64,000 nucleotides of DNA from Eledone cirrhosa (lineage: Eukaryota), in assembly GCA_964016885.1 (NCBI GenBank), contig OZ024753.1:46872001-46936000 (forward strand), written 5' to 3'. The position numbers and the translations under genes are program-made. The notes under the pieces are model-generated. The model saw only the letters and a program-made list of their open reading frames with translations, had not been told where the DNA came from and made no database searches. Shown here in pieces: positions 10,350 to 24,056 of this stretch; position 1 is the first letter of the stretch; each line of letters opens with the position of its first letter.

Positions 10350-10993
10350 TTACAATACAAAACCTCTGAGAATGATTTCTAAGATATTTCACCATAATTA
10401 ATTTTCATCAATATATATTAATATTATTATTGTTTATTAGGTCAGGTGGATTGGCCAGAACAATTCTACTCTTCTTTTTTAGATGTCACGATTTTTCATG
10501 GCATTCCTGAGATCATTAATCTCCAGCTGGAGATCCAGAGACATCTGATGTATGTAGGTGAACCTCAGTCATCCCACTTGGCTCTTACTATGTTTAGGTA
10601 TCCACCACAGGAGCCAGCTCATCAGGTCATCCTACCCTCAGCAGCAATGTCCAGCATCTATTGATTTCCGCTCCCTAGTTATTGTGGTAATCTTCGATAT
10701 CTGGGAATATATTTCTTCTGCTTAAGGGAGTAATAAATATATAGTTTAAAAAAAAACATATATATACACACACATATATATATGTTGTCATTTATAAGAG
10801 TTCTCTATCAAAAGCCTTCTCTATGTCCAAAGCTAAGTATAGTGGCTTATTTTTCTCTAAGAACCTCTTTTGTAGTTGTCTCACTAAGAAGAGGGCATCT
10901 GTTGCACTTTTCAGCGGCACAAAACCAAACTGCATCTCATACACATACATACATATACATACATACATACATACATATACACATACATACATA

Positions 10994-11348
10994 CATCATC
11001 ATCATCATCATCATCATCATTTCGTTTTAAGTCCGCTTTTTCCCTGCTTGTAAGGGTGGGACGGGAACTGATTCTGGCTTGATTTCTAGAGCTGGATGCC
11101 CTTCCTAACACCAACCTCATTTACAGTGAGTGCTGAGTGCTTTTTTGCCGTGGCACCTCCACGACCACTTTGCAGTGGAATGATATGGACCCCAGTCCCT
11201 ATCATCTCATTTCTACAGCTGAGTAAACTGGAGCAATGTGAAATAACGTGTCTTGCTCAAGGAAACAACACATCACCCGGTCTGAGAATTGAACTCACAA
11301 CTTTTCAATTGCCAGGCCAATGCTCGAACCACTAAGCCATGTGCCTCC
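10994..11348 (-). mobile_element. Same SINE, unit 2
   Basis: Near-identical to 5048-5387 with a longer GAT tail. Confidence 0.8.
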
Positions 11349-12396
11349 ATATACATATACATATACATATACATACACATACATATACATACATATATAT
11401 ATACATACATACATATATACACATACATACATACACATACATACACATATACATACATATACATACATAGATATATATATATATACATAATATAAATATA
11501 CATACATACACATACACACATAAGTATATATACATATACACACGTATATATACATATACATACATACATATATACACATACATACATATATACATACATA
11601 CACACATATATACATATACACATACATACATATACATACATATACACATACATACATATATATATACATACACACACATATATACATACACACACATATA
11701 TACATACACACACATATATACAAACACATACATATACACATATATACACATACATACACATACATATACATACATATACACATATACACTCATATATACA
11801 TATACATACATACACACACATACATACATATATACATATACATACATAAAGACAAATCCACCTCATGGACGAGAATGCAAGGGCTCCTCCTCTTTGTTTC
11901 GGCCGCGGATGGCTAACCCTAACCCCATCCCCGCTCCCCACCGCTCCCAACCTCCAAACGCAATCCAAAACTTCAGAGTTGGTACCATTAATGTAGGCAC
12001 CTTATAGGGTGGCTCTAACGAGGTTGTAGAAATGCTTGAACGTAAGGAGGTCGATGTTTGTTGTATTCAAGAGACCAGGTGGAGGGGTGGGTCTGCTAGA
12101 TTCATCGTGGGTAAAGAACGATGCTATAAGCTTTTCTGTGTGGCAAATGACAATGGTCTGGGTATACACATACCACCCCACCATCCCACCGCAAAGTGGT
12201 CGTGGAGGCGCCGCGGCAAAAAAGCACCCAGCCCACACTGTAAAGCTGACGTGGAGGTGCCACGGAAAAAAAAAAGCACCCAGCACTCACTGCAAACGGG
12301 GTTGGCGTCAGGAAGGGCACCCAGCTGTGGAAACCAATCCAGAATCAGCTCCCACCCCACCCTTGCAAGCATGGAAAAGCGGACGTATGATGAAGT

Positions 12397-12441
<45 letters not shown>

Positions 12442-13183
12442 TATATATATACACATATATATATACACACATATATATCAGTGTACATATATATATACAT
12501 ATATATATATATATAAATGAATATTTATTCAATTTAAAGCGCCAATTATCTATATATAACAAGATATGAATTTTTCTAGGGATGGGGGAAATTTTCAGTT
12601 TGTTTTTATATTTTCACTTCATTTTTTACTTTCTATTTAATACAGTCTTTGATCCAATATAATCCTGACAGTATTTGAACCAGTTTACCTCATATATATG
12701 TATGCACACACAACACTCAAGTTTCGCCATCTACTGCTATTTCATTCATATTTATTGTTTAATTAACTCTGGTCTAATTCATCAACTATTGTTAATTATA
12801 TTATTACGTAGATTTCTTATAAAATCTAGTGCATATATACGTGTATATATACAGGGAGACACTGTAATAGATGTAAAGAGAGTGGGAGATAGAGTTATAG
12901 AAGTAAAGAGAGGGGGAGAAATAAGCGGTAGATAGAGTAATAGATGTAAAGAGAGGGTTAGAACGTTCAACTTGACAGTCAGTACAATGTTCAGCATGGT
13001 AGCCAGTACATATGCCAACTACCCAACCGGCCAGCCAGCCGCATATGCGGTTGACTGGCCAGTTGGGCGGTTGGTATGTGGAACGTTCAACTACGCAGTC
13101 AGTACCAAAGTTCAACATTGTAGCCAGTGCATATGCCGATCGCCGCGCCCTCTTTGCTCTATTTTAATGACCTGGAACTAAGT

Positions 13184-13296
13184 AAAAAGAGTAGGAGATA
13201 ACTCGACAAGAGCGGAGAGGGTGAGATTCGAACCATGTAAAGTCGTTGGCTCCTGAAGTTCGTAAGCGGGGCTGCTACTGACTGAGCAGCGCCGGC
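13184..13296 (-). ncRNA. Candidate Pol III tRNA-like RNA, unit 3
   Basis: Same layout as unit 2. Confidence 0.5.
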
Positions 13297-14291
13297 AGCA
13301 AGGCAAATCGCGCATAAAATAACGCTTATATCGACAAAAAAAAAAAAAAAATTTCAATGTTGCACTCTTGTTTGTTGTTCTTTTATTTTACGTAAACATT
13401 TCGCTGCTCTAGCCTCTTATTTCCTATTAGATTACACTTAATTCCATTAAACATTCATTCTTAGTCTCGTGGTAAACTATTTCATCTATATTTATATCGC
13501 TGTTACAGCCTTTTATTTCTACATCTATCACCTATAGCCACTGTTACGCCGGTAGTATAAGTAGCTTTATAACAAGAAACGATGATATAACTCCACAAAA
13601 TGTCTTCTTGAGCAAGACAGTTCACTTCATATTGCTCCAGTACACCGAGTTACACATAGACAGATACATACATACATACACAGATAGAAATGAGAGGTAG
13701 ATAGAGTAAAAGATTTAAAGAGAGTGTGAGAAGTACGAGTTAGATAGTGTAAAAGATTTAAAGAGAGGGTGAGAGTGTGACACACATTTATCTGTCTATC
13801 TCTCTCTATTTTAACACCGGTCGTTATAATTAGTTTTATAACACCGCTATATTACCGACATGAAAGAGGTAAATAATTATTTCTTAAATGTTTAGAACAT
13901 GTTTCTCTTGTCTTCTTAAATGTATAGAACATGTTTCTTATTTATATTCTTAACATAGCTAGGACCTTATCTCATTTACTGGTCTCTACTTTTAGGGCTT
14001 TGCTGGTCCCATGTGCCCTCCATGAAGACACACTCGCCCCTTCTCTCTCAGTCTCCGTACTAATTACTACACATACGTATATATATTTATTTTAAGAAAC
14101 CTTAATGACAAATAATATAAAGTGTTTGTAAAGTGGGGAAGAGTAGTTTTACGGTGGGGTTGTTATATAGATATCGTTTTTGCAGTGGGGTCGTGACTGG
14201 CGTATAATAATGAGTCACTGTTGATGTATATACAAATCATGTTTTGGATATAAGTGAAGTTATTTAAGAGATTTAGTTGTTTTGTATACAT

Positions 14292-16269
14292 TCATAACGG
14301 TACGCGATGGGACCCACCCACAGCCCCGGCGGACAGAATGGAGAAGGCGTTTCCCCGGAGCACGGCAAGGGAGACGCGCTGGAAAAGCCACTCCAACTCG
14401 CGGGGCTCACACCTGCGGCTGGCCAGCTCAGCGCCTATGGTGGTGAGTAAGGAGGTAGCCCTGGGGCCGAGGACACCAGAAGTCTCCACTTCCAGGGGTA
14501 CGACCGCAAACCTGTCGGAGAGTGAACGATATGTGAGGAGTTTGGCCCCCTCAGCCTGACGTGCAGCAGAACCTGGGCCAGTCGCAGACTGCACCAGGTT
14601 GCGGCTGCAGAAAGTGTCGGTGCAAGTGGCATCCCAGACGAGGGGTTTGCCACCGCGGAACGGGAAGATGGTCATGCCATCTAGCCTTTTGCCGTCCCCT
14701 CGAGCTGGGAAGGGAAGCCTGCAGCGTCCAAGCCATGCTTAATGACTTCGTTGAGGGCAGCATGGCGTGGATTGCGGGTGGAGGCCGAAAGAGTCCATGG
14801 TGGAACGGCAGCGACATTGGTGTGAGGCCGAGCCTCAGGGAAACGCCGATGCGCAAGCTATTGTTGTCTAGCTGCGTGCGAGTGGAGAAGGAGGGCAGGG
14901 CATGGAGCCAGGCCCCACTGTGGGGTTTGGAGGCTGCACGAAAACAAACAAGGCGGTGCTGGTCGAGCTGGCGCGTGAGCCTGTCTGAGGCCAGGCTGCA
15001 CTGGATGGCATCCCAAGTGTGTTGGGGGGGACTTGACGTCAACAGGGGGAGAAGGAGGAGGAACGTCTACTGGGCTAAGTCCCAGCCGGTCCCACGTCTC
15101 ACAGGCGGCCACGCGTTCTCTGAACACAGAGGGTTCTGTTGTGTTTTGAAGAACCCTGCTGAGGAGGACGTGGTACGAGGTTACCGACGAAAGATATGCC
15201 GGCAAAGCTAGTGAGATCGGGGACTGGAGGCGAAGGCCGCCATACCTGACAGGTAAAGTTGCATATCTCATCGGCTGCTGCTCGGATACAAGTTTAGGTG
15301 TAGCACAGCGTGTATAGAGGAGCTTCGGCATGGCGTAGCAGTTCCTCAGCAGAAAGAGAACTGGGTGGGCATCAATCAAGCCCAGTCGGCTCGTGAGAGT
15401 CTGGACTTGATGGAGGAGCGGATGGCCGGCGGGTGGATCGGTGAGGGCATCCTCTTTGGGGGTCACCTGAACCTGGCGGAGAATGGACCGCACGTCCAAG
15501 ACGGAGACTGCAAAGCTTGCAGCATCGAGGCTGACATTCACCACCTCCGACTTGGCTGAGTTGACCTGGAGGTCGATTCCCGCCAGGGCAGGAACCACCG
15601 ATTGAAGGTCATGGCAGACCGCCTGTACGGGCCCACCCAAAGTAGCATCATCCAGATACCAAACGTTGAGAGGGGCTGTTATACTCCAGGCGATGTGGTC
15701 AATACCAAGGGTGAACAGGAGGGGTCCCAAAGGGTTGCCCTGTTGGATCCCAGTAGCCAAGGGTATGACCGTATCAGCAGCATGGCGCATGCTTGGGGCT
15801 CCATATGACAGGTAGGCAGAGGGGGCTCGGCTGAGGCAGGCCTCGAGCAGATGATCCCAGCGTAAAGAGTTGAAGGCATTCCTCATGTCAAACTTGACAA
15901 TGAGGTGGCTGGAGGCCCTGGATGCCGGTTCCGAGTGTTACGGACTTGCAGATTACCTTGGCAGCCAGCCTCCGGAAGACATTGCCCACAGCAATGGGGC
16001 GTATGCCATCCTCTTTCTTCCTGCGAGCGGTGAGGCTGGCCGAAAAAAAGAGGCCTCGAGCATAAGAGTCCAGGGCGCCATGGATGAGCCTATTGGTGAG
16101 CGCCACAATTGCACTCAGAAGGCCGCGCCCGGCCTCAGCGGAGAGGGGAGATATCAACTCCTTGAGGAGGCCTGGTCAGAGACCATCAACATCTCCGCAG
16201 CTGCTAGCTGGGAAGGACCTGATGGCGGACATGATGTCTGCATCAGAAGCCACAAGGAGCAAGTGTGGA
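14292..16269 (-). mobile_element. CRE-like remnant, unit 3
   Basis: Same motifs; longest open piece is 342 aa (14858-15886). Confidence 0.88.
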
Positions 16270-17199
16270 TTACAATACAAAACCTCTGAGAATGATTTCT
16301 AAGATATTTCACCATAATTAATTTTCATCAATATATATTAATATTATTATTGTTTATTAGGTCAGGTGGATTGGCCAGAACAATTCTACTCTTCTTTTTT
16401 AGATGTCACGATTTTTCATGGCATTCCTGAGATCATTAATCTCCAGCTGGAGATCCAGAGACATCTGATGTATGTAGGTGAACCTCAGTCATCCCACTTG
16501 GCTCTTACTATGTTTAGGTATCCACCACAGGAGCCAGCTCATCAGGTCATCCTACCCTCAGCAGCAATGTCCAGCATCTATTGATTTCCGCTCCCTAGTT
16601 ATTGTGGTAATCTTCGATATCTGGGAATATATTTCTTCTGCTTAAGGGAGTAATAAATATATAGTTTTAAAAAAAACATATATATACACACACATATATA
16701 TATGTTGTCATTTATAAGAGTTCTCTATCAAAAGCCTTCTCTATGTCCAAAGCTAAGTATAGTGGCTTATTTTTCTCTAAGAACCTCTTTTGTAGTTGTC
16801 TCACTAAGAAGAGGGCATCTGTTGCACTTTTCAGCGGCTTAATTAATTAATGAGGTTTAATTAATGAGGAATTTTGAGGTATTTATAACAATTATTAATT
16901 ATTTCATTACTGAGATATCATTTGAAGGACTTACTAATGTTTTTATTTATTAATTATTTTATTAGTAACTTAACATGTGGTTCTTGTATAAAATTATGTT
17001 GGAAGATTTTAGGAAGATGCTATGTAGCCGGTCGCGGTAAAATAGACGCCCAGGCTATGTAGCCGGTAAGAGTGTCAGACTCCATGTGTTGCGGCCCTTT
17101 ATGGTCTGAGTTAAGACAATTTAAAATCTTTTCCACCATCAATTGTTAAAAAACAAGTTAAAATCATTTTGTCGTCCATTTGTAACGTACGTTACACTT

Positions 17200-17920
17200 T
17201 AGTTACATACACATATACTATGTTACATACACACATCTACTGTGTTACATACACACACATCAACTGGGTTATATACACACACATCTACTGCGTTACATAC
17301 ACATCTACTGTGTTACACACACATCTACTGTGTTACATACACACACATCTACTGAGTTACATACACACACATCTACTGTGTTACATACACACACATCTTC
17401 TGTGTTACATACACACATCTACTGTGTTACATACACACACCTGTGTTACATACACACACATCTACTGAGTTACATACACACAGATCTACTGTGTTACATA
17501 CACACACATCTACTGTGTTACACACATCTTCTATGTTACATACACACAATCTACTGTGTTACATACACACATCTACTGAGTTACATACACACACATCTAC
17601 TGAGTTACATACACACACATGTACTGTGTTACATACACACATCTACTGTGTTACATACATACACATCTACTGTGTTACATACATACACATCTACTGTTAC
17701 ATACACACATCTACCGTGTTACACACACACATCTACCGTGTTACACACACACATCTACCGTGTTACACACACACATCTACCGTGTTACACACACACATCT
17801 ACTGAGTTACATACACATATACTGAGTTACATGCAAACACACATCTACTCTGTTACATATACACATCTACTGTGTTACATACACATCTACTGTGATACAC
17901 ACACACACATCTACTCATAC
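17200..17920. repeat. ~22-24 bp minisatellite (ACACACATCTACTGTGTTACAT)
   Basis: About 30 degenerate tandem copies, with variants ACTGAG and ACCGTG. Confidence 0.96.
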
Positions 17921-18738
17921 ATATTCATAAATAGACACACATTATACAAATAATTATTACATACACACACATCTCTGTAATAATTCAGGAAGGAAGGGGC
18001 TGGTGAAACGCTATAGCAATGTGTGTGTGTTGTGTACCTTTCAGGTTTACCGGTTTCGTAGCCTATTTGAAGATTTTATTATAATTATGAACCTTATAAT
18101 TCAATTAATTATGAATAATTTTGAGCTATTTATCACAATTGTTAGTTAATTACTAACATAGTAACTTACCATATGGTTGTTATATAGAATTTTGTTGGAA
18201 GACTTTAATTTAGATAGGAACCATTTCCATAGTACGAGAACTAATTTTGGCTGGGTTTCTACCAAAAGGGTTAATGAAGAATTTTGAACAATTTACTAAA
18301 ATTATTAATTATTTCATTACTAAGATAATGTGTGAATACACAATTATATGTGTGTATATATATATAAACAGTATATATATAGTATATATATATATAAACA
18401 GTATATATATATATAGTATATATATATATAAACAGTATATATATAGTATACAAAAGATGTAGTGGGATAGTGTGTAGTCTTAAGACAAGTCTGTCCAGAT
18501 AGCTGCGCTGTAACTTACACTTATTGGGACTGTGTGTTGGCAAGCAGGCCTGTATTTTGGGATCTAGCTGGTCCATTATGAGGGAGGTCTGGTTAGTTGG
18601 CAGCACCATGCCTTACTTGTGGTATATGTATGTATAGAAATAAGTTATTGTATATGCATAACTGTCCATCTATATGTATACATGTATGTTTACTTATATC
18701 TTTGCATACATATATACATTTTCAGATGTATACACGTA

Positions 18739-20659
18739 ATGGTCACCCGGATAGTAAACCAAGTCATACAGAATGGGGTTGTTCTGAAGGACTGGCGTAG
18801 CAGCATCATCATTAACTGTTACAAGGGTAAAGGAGATGCCCTAGATAGGAGTAACTATAGAGGCATTAAATTAATCGACCAGGTCATGAAGGTCACGGAA
18901 AAAGTAATAGCGCAACTAATCAGAGAGAGAATTGATCTAGATGAAATGCAGTTCGGGTTTGTGTCAGGTAAAAGTACCACAGACGCTCTTTTCATTGTAC
19001 GACAACTACAGGAGAAGTACCTAGTTAAAAGTAAACCCCTATACTTAGCTTTTGTTGACTTGGAGAAAGCCTTCGACAGAGTCCCCCGTTCCATTATCTG
19101 GTGGGCTCTTAGAAAACTAGGTGTTGAGGAATGGCTTGTGAGAGCTATACGAGCCATGTATAAAGAAACAGTCAGCAAGGTTAGAATTAACAACGAATAT
19201 AGTGAAGAGTTTAGCGTAAAAGTTGGTGTTCATCAGGGCTCCGTCCTTAGCCCCCTACTATTTATTATTGCCCTTCAGGCTATAACAGTGGAGTTCAAGA
19301 CCGGCTGCCCATGGGAACTCCTATACGCAGATGATCTAACGCTCATAGCTGAATCAATGGCCGAGCTAGAGAAGAAATTCCAAACATGGAAGCAAGGCCT
19401 AGAATCAGAAGGCCTTAAAATTAACCTGGCTAAGACTAAAGTTCTAGTTTGTAGGAAAGAAAATAAGGCGCCGGTCCCTTCCGGGAAATGGCCATGCTCA
19501 GTGTGTAGGAAAGGCGTAGGTAGAAACTCCATTTTATGTCCCAAATGCAAAGTATGGGTTCATAAAAGATGTAGTGGGATCACAGGTAAGCTAACTAAGA
19601 ACATAGATTTTACATGTGGCCGGTGCTCTGGTGCAATAAGTAGCAGCAAGTGCCCACAAAATACTAGCTCTTTCAATTGCGCAGAGGGTTCTATAGAAAT
19701 AGTGGACAGCTTCCGTTACCTGGGTGACAAAATCAGCAGTGGGGGAGGGTGCTCTGAAAGTACAGTAGCTAGAGTCAGAACTGGATGGAAAAAGTTCAGA
19801 GAGCTTATACCACTATTAGCCGCTAAAGGGTTCTCCCTAAAAATGAAAGGCAGGTTGTATGATGCCTGCATATGAACAGCAATGTTGCATGGCAGTGAGA
19901 CCTGGGCATTGTGTGCAGAGGATATACGCAGACTAGAGAGGAACGAAGCTTGCATGCTTCGCTGGATGTGTAATAGTAATATATGTGAACGGCAAAGCAT
20001 AAACGAACTAAGGGAAAAATTAGAAATAAGAGGGATCTGATGTTGTGTACTCGAGAGAAGACTACGTTGGTATGGTCCACGTGATGCGGATGAAAGACGA
20101 CAGCTGTATAAAAAAAATGCAGGGCAATAAAGATAGACGGTAGCCACGGAGTAGGCAGACCCAGAAAAACCTGGGACGACTTGATAAATTCCGACCTCAC
20201 ACACTTACACCTCTCCAAGACAATGTCACTGGACCGAGATCTTTGGCGGTACTCAGTAATAGAGAAGACCCGCCTTACCTAGATACAAAGTAAAACCTAC
20301 TACAGTCAGTAGGCACCTCTAACAAAATACACCCCCACCCCATCCACACCGCCCCTTTCAATGTAAAGTTATGTTGGTGCCACAACATCCAGGCCGAAAC
20401 AAATGAGGTCGTGTAGGTGTCACGACAAAAAAAAAAAAACACAGTCCACGCAGTAATGTGGCCGTGTAGGTAACACGGTAAAAACCTCCCAGTCCCACAC
20501 TGTAAATGCGGTTGGTGTTAGGAAGGGCATCCAGCTGTAGAAAACCCGCCAGACAGTCCTATGCGAGCAAGACAACCACTCTTGCCTCAAGTGGGAAAAT
20601 TCCCGTCCAAACCCATGCAAGCGTGGAATATGGACGTTAAACGATGATGATGATGATGA

Positions 20660-20663
<4 letters not shown>
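18739..20663 (+). pseudogene. 5'-truncated, inactivated RTE copy (RT, PHD, 3'UTR, (GAT)n tail)
   Basis: Homology to the intact RTE starts at VTRIVNQVI. YADD and PHD are present. In-frame TGA at 19873-19875, a second TGA near 20038 and a later frameshift. The first ~40 aa of the listed ORF are flanking simple sequence. Confidence 0.93.
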
Positions 20664-20714
<51 letters not shown>

Positions 20715-20717
<3 letters not shown>

Positions 20718-21839
20718 CTTTGACATTTCTTAGAAAAAAAATGAAAAAGTTTTGTGAGAACCCCAATGTTTATTTATTTTATTTTATTTTTAAATAAAAT
20801 TAATAACATTAATTTTATTTTGAAATTAGGTTTATAAATATTAATTATCAGCAGACCTTTGTAGCAGTCTTGGCGGCTTAGTGGGAAGTACCAGAGATGG
20901 TGAGGTCCTTGTCTGTAGGTTCAATCCTGGTCTGGGAGTTCAATCATTGCTGTAATGTGTCCTGTTAATCTTTTTTTAAATTTTCCTCAGAAAAAACTGA
21001 AAATCTTTGGTGAGAACCCCAATGTCTATTTATCTAATATAATTTAATTTATTTTATTTTATTTTACTTTAGTTAAATTGTCAAAACCACTGGTGATCTA
21101 AAGTTAGAGGAGACAGATAAAATAGACATATTGTCTCCTCAACCTTTAGATCTTCAGTGTTTTCGACAATTTAACTAAAATAAAAAATTAAATTCAATAT
21201 AATTAAATAAATAGGGGTTCTCTTTTTCAAAGAGATATAGAAAGAAAATTATAAAAGATTAACATGACACCTTACATGTATCTCATGGACCAGGATTGAA
21301 CCTGAGTCCCCAATTCAACCCTCAGACCAGGATTGAACACCCAGAACAGGATCTCACCATCTCTGGTACTTCCCACTAAGCTACCGAGACTGATACAAAG
21401 ATGTACTGAAATTTAATATTTATAAACCTACTTTCAAAATAAAATTAAAAATAAAATATATATATATATATATTCCTTTGACATTTCTTAGAAAAAAGAA
21501 CTGAAAAAGTTTTGTGAGAACGCCAATGTCTATTTATTTTATTTTATTTTTAATTAAATTAGTTATATTTTGAAAGTAGGTTTATAAATATTAATTTTCA
21601 ATAGACCTTTGTAGCAGTCTTGGTGGCTTAGTGGGAAGTACCAGAGATGGTGAGATCCTTGTCTGTAAGTTCAATTCTTGCTTGGAGACATGTCTAATGT
21701 GTCCTATTAATCTTTTTTTAATTTTCCTTTTACATCTCTTAGAAATAACTGAAAATCTTTGGTGAGAACCCCAATGTCTATTTATCTAATATAATTAATT
21801 TAATTTAATTTAATTTAATTTTTATTTTAGTGAAACCAC
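20715..21839. repeat. Three copies (+,-,+) of a ~350-bp AT-rich element with a tRNA-like A/B-box head; the first two form a fold-back
   Basis: Heads at ~20867-20945 (+), ~21287-21390 (-) and ~21617-21690 (+). Inverted arms meet at 21115/21132 with a 16-nt spacer. Confidence 0.85.
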
Positions 21840-22280
21840 TGTTGTATTCAAGAGACCAGGTGGAGGGGTGGGTCTGCTAGATTCATCGTGGGTAAAGAAC
21901 GGTGCTATGAACTTTTCTGGGTGGGAAATGACAATGGGCTGGGTATACACATACCACCCCACCACCCCACCGTAAAGTGGTCGTGGAGGCGCCACGGCAA
22001 AAAAGCACCCAGCCCGCTCTGTAAAGCTGACGTGGAGGTGCCACGGAAAAAAAAAAAGCACCCAGCACTCACTGCAAACTGGGTTGGCGTCAGGAAGGGC
22101 ACCCAGCTGTAGAAACCAATCCAGAATCAGCTCCCACCCCACCCTTGCAAGCATGGAAAAGCGGACGTATGATGAAGTTGATATATATATATATATATTA
22201 GTATATATATACACATACATATGTACACATATACACATACATATATATATATATATACACACACATATATATCAGTGTAC

Positions 22281-22317
<37 letters not shown>

Positions 22318-22962
22318 AATGAATATTTATTCAATTTAAAGCGCCAATTATCTATATATAACAAGATATGAATTTTTCTAGGGATGGGGAAATTTTCAGT
22401 TTGTTTTTATATTTTCACTTCATTTTTTACTTTCTATTTAATACAGTCTTTGATCCAATATAATCCTGACAGTATTTGAACCAGTTTACCTCATATATAT
22501 GTATGCACACACAACACTCAAGTTTCGCCATCTACTGCTATTTCATTCATATTTATTGTTTAATTAACTCTGGTCTAATTCATCAACTATTGTTAATTAT
22601 ATTATTACGTAGATTTCTTATAAAATCTAGTGCATATATACGTGTATATATACAGGGAGACACTGTGTAATAGATGTAAAGAGAGTGGGAGATAGAGTTA
22701 TAGAAGTAAAGAGAGGGAGAGAAATAAGCGGTAGATAGAGCAATAGATGTAAAGAGAGGGTTAGAACGTTCAACTTGACAGTCAGTACATATGCCAACTA
22801 CCCAACCGGCCAGCCAGCCGTATTTGCGGTTGACTGGCCAGTTGGGCGGTTGGTATGTGGAACGTTCAACTATGCAGTCAGTACCAAAGTTCAACATTGT
22901 AGCCAGTGCATATGCCGATCGCCGCGACCTCTTTGCTCTATTTAAATGACCTGGAACTAAGT

Positions 22963-23075
22963 AAAAAGAGTAGGAGATAACTCGACAAGAGCGGAGAGGG
23001 TGAGATTCGAACCATGTAAAGTCGTTGGCTCCTGAAGTTCGTAAGCGGGGCTGCTACTGACTGATCAACGCCGGC
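22963..23075 (-). ncRNA. Candidate Pol III tRNA-like RNA, unit 4
   Basis: Same as the unit 1 allele. Confidence 0.5.
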
Positions 23076-24056
23076 AGCAAGGCAAATCGCGCATAAAATA
23101 ACGCTTATATTGAGAAAATAAAACAAAAATTTCAATGTTGCACTCTTGTTTGTTGTTCTTTTATTTTACGTAAATATTTCGCTGCTCTAGCCTCTTATTT
23201 CCTATTAGATTACACTTAATTCCATTAAACATTCATTCTTAGTCTCGTGGTAAACTATTTCATCTATATTTATATCGCTGTTACAGCCTTTTATTTCTAC
23301 ATCTATCACCTATAGCCACTGTTACGCCGGTAGTATAAGTAGCTTTATAACAAGAAACGATGATATAACTCCACAAAATGTCTTCTTGAGCAAGACACTT
23401 CACCTCATATTGCTCCAGTACACCGAGTTACACATAGACAGATACATACATACACATATATATGTACACAGATAGAAATAAGAGGGAGATAGAGTAAAAG
23501 ATGGAAAGATAGTGTAAAAGATTTAAAGAGAGGGTGAGAGTGTGACACACATTTATCTGTCTATCTCTCTCTATTTTAACACCGGTCGTTATAATTAGTT
23601 TTATAACACCGCTATATTACCGACATGAAAGAGGTAAATAATTATTTCTTAAATGTTTAGAACATGTTTCTCTTGTCTTCTTAAATGTATAGAACATGTT
23701 TCTTATTTATATTCTTAACATAGCTAGGACCTTATCTCATTTACTGGTCTCTACTTTTAGGGCTTTGCTGGTCCCATGTGCCCTCCATGAAGACACACTC
23801 GCCCCTTCTCTCTCAGTCTCCGTACTAATTACTACACATACGTATATATATTTATTTTAAGAAACCTTAATGACAAATAATATAAAGTGTTTGTAAAGTG
23901 GGGAAGAGTAGTTTTACGGTGGGGTTGTTATATAGATATCGTTTTTGCAGTGGGGTCGTGACTGGCGTATAATAATGAGTCACTGTTGATGTATATACAA
24001 ATCATATTTTGGATATAAGTGAAGTTATTTAAGAGATTTAGTTGTTTTGTATACAT

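Larger units (their letters stand above)
184..16838. repeat. Tandem block 1: three ~5.9 kb units (types A, B, B)
   Basis: The same ORF set recurs at 2361, 8333 and 14254 (periods 5972 and 5921). The block ends at the junction tcagcggc|ttaattaattaa. Confidence 0.97.
16839..21839. repeat. ~5 kb spacer of the higher-order repeat, copy 1
   Basis: Recurs near-identically at 32556-41374 (plus an RTE insertion). Its start reappears at 63935-64000 and its end at 1-183. Confidence 0.95.

Noticed and set aside
14858-15886. Domesticated or functional CRE reverse transcriptase
   Set aside because: 5'-truncated, N-terminal RT motifs are in another frame, and lesions vary among copies.
17200-17920. CRISPR-like array
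   Set aside because: Head-to-tail monomers without unique spacers, no cas genes, eukaryotic context.
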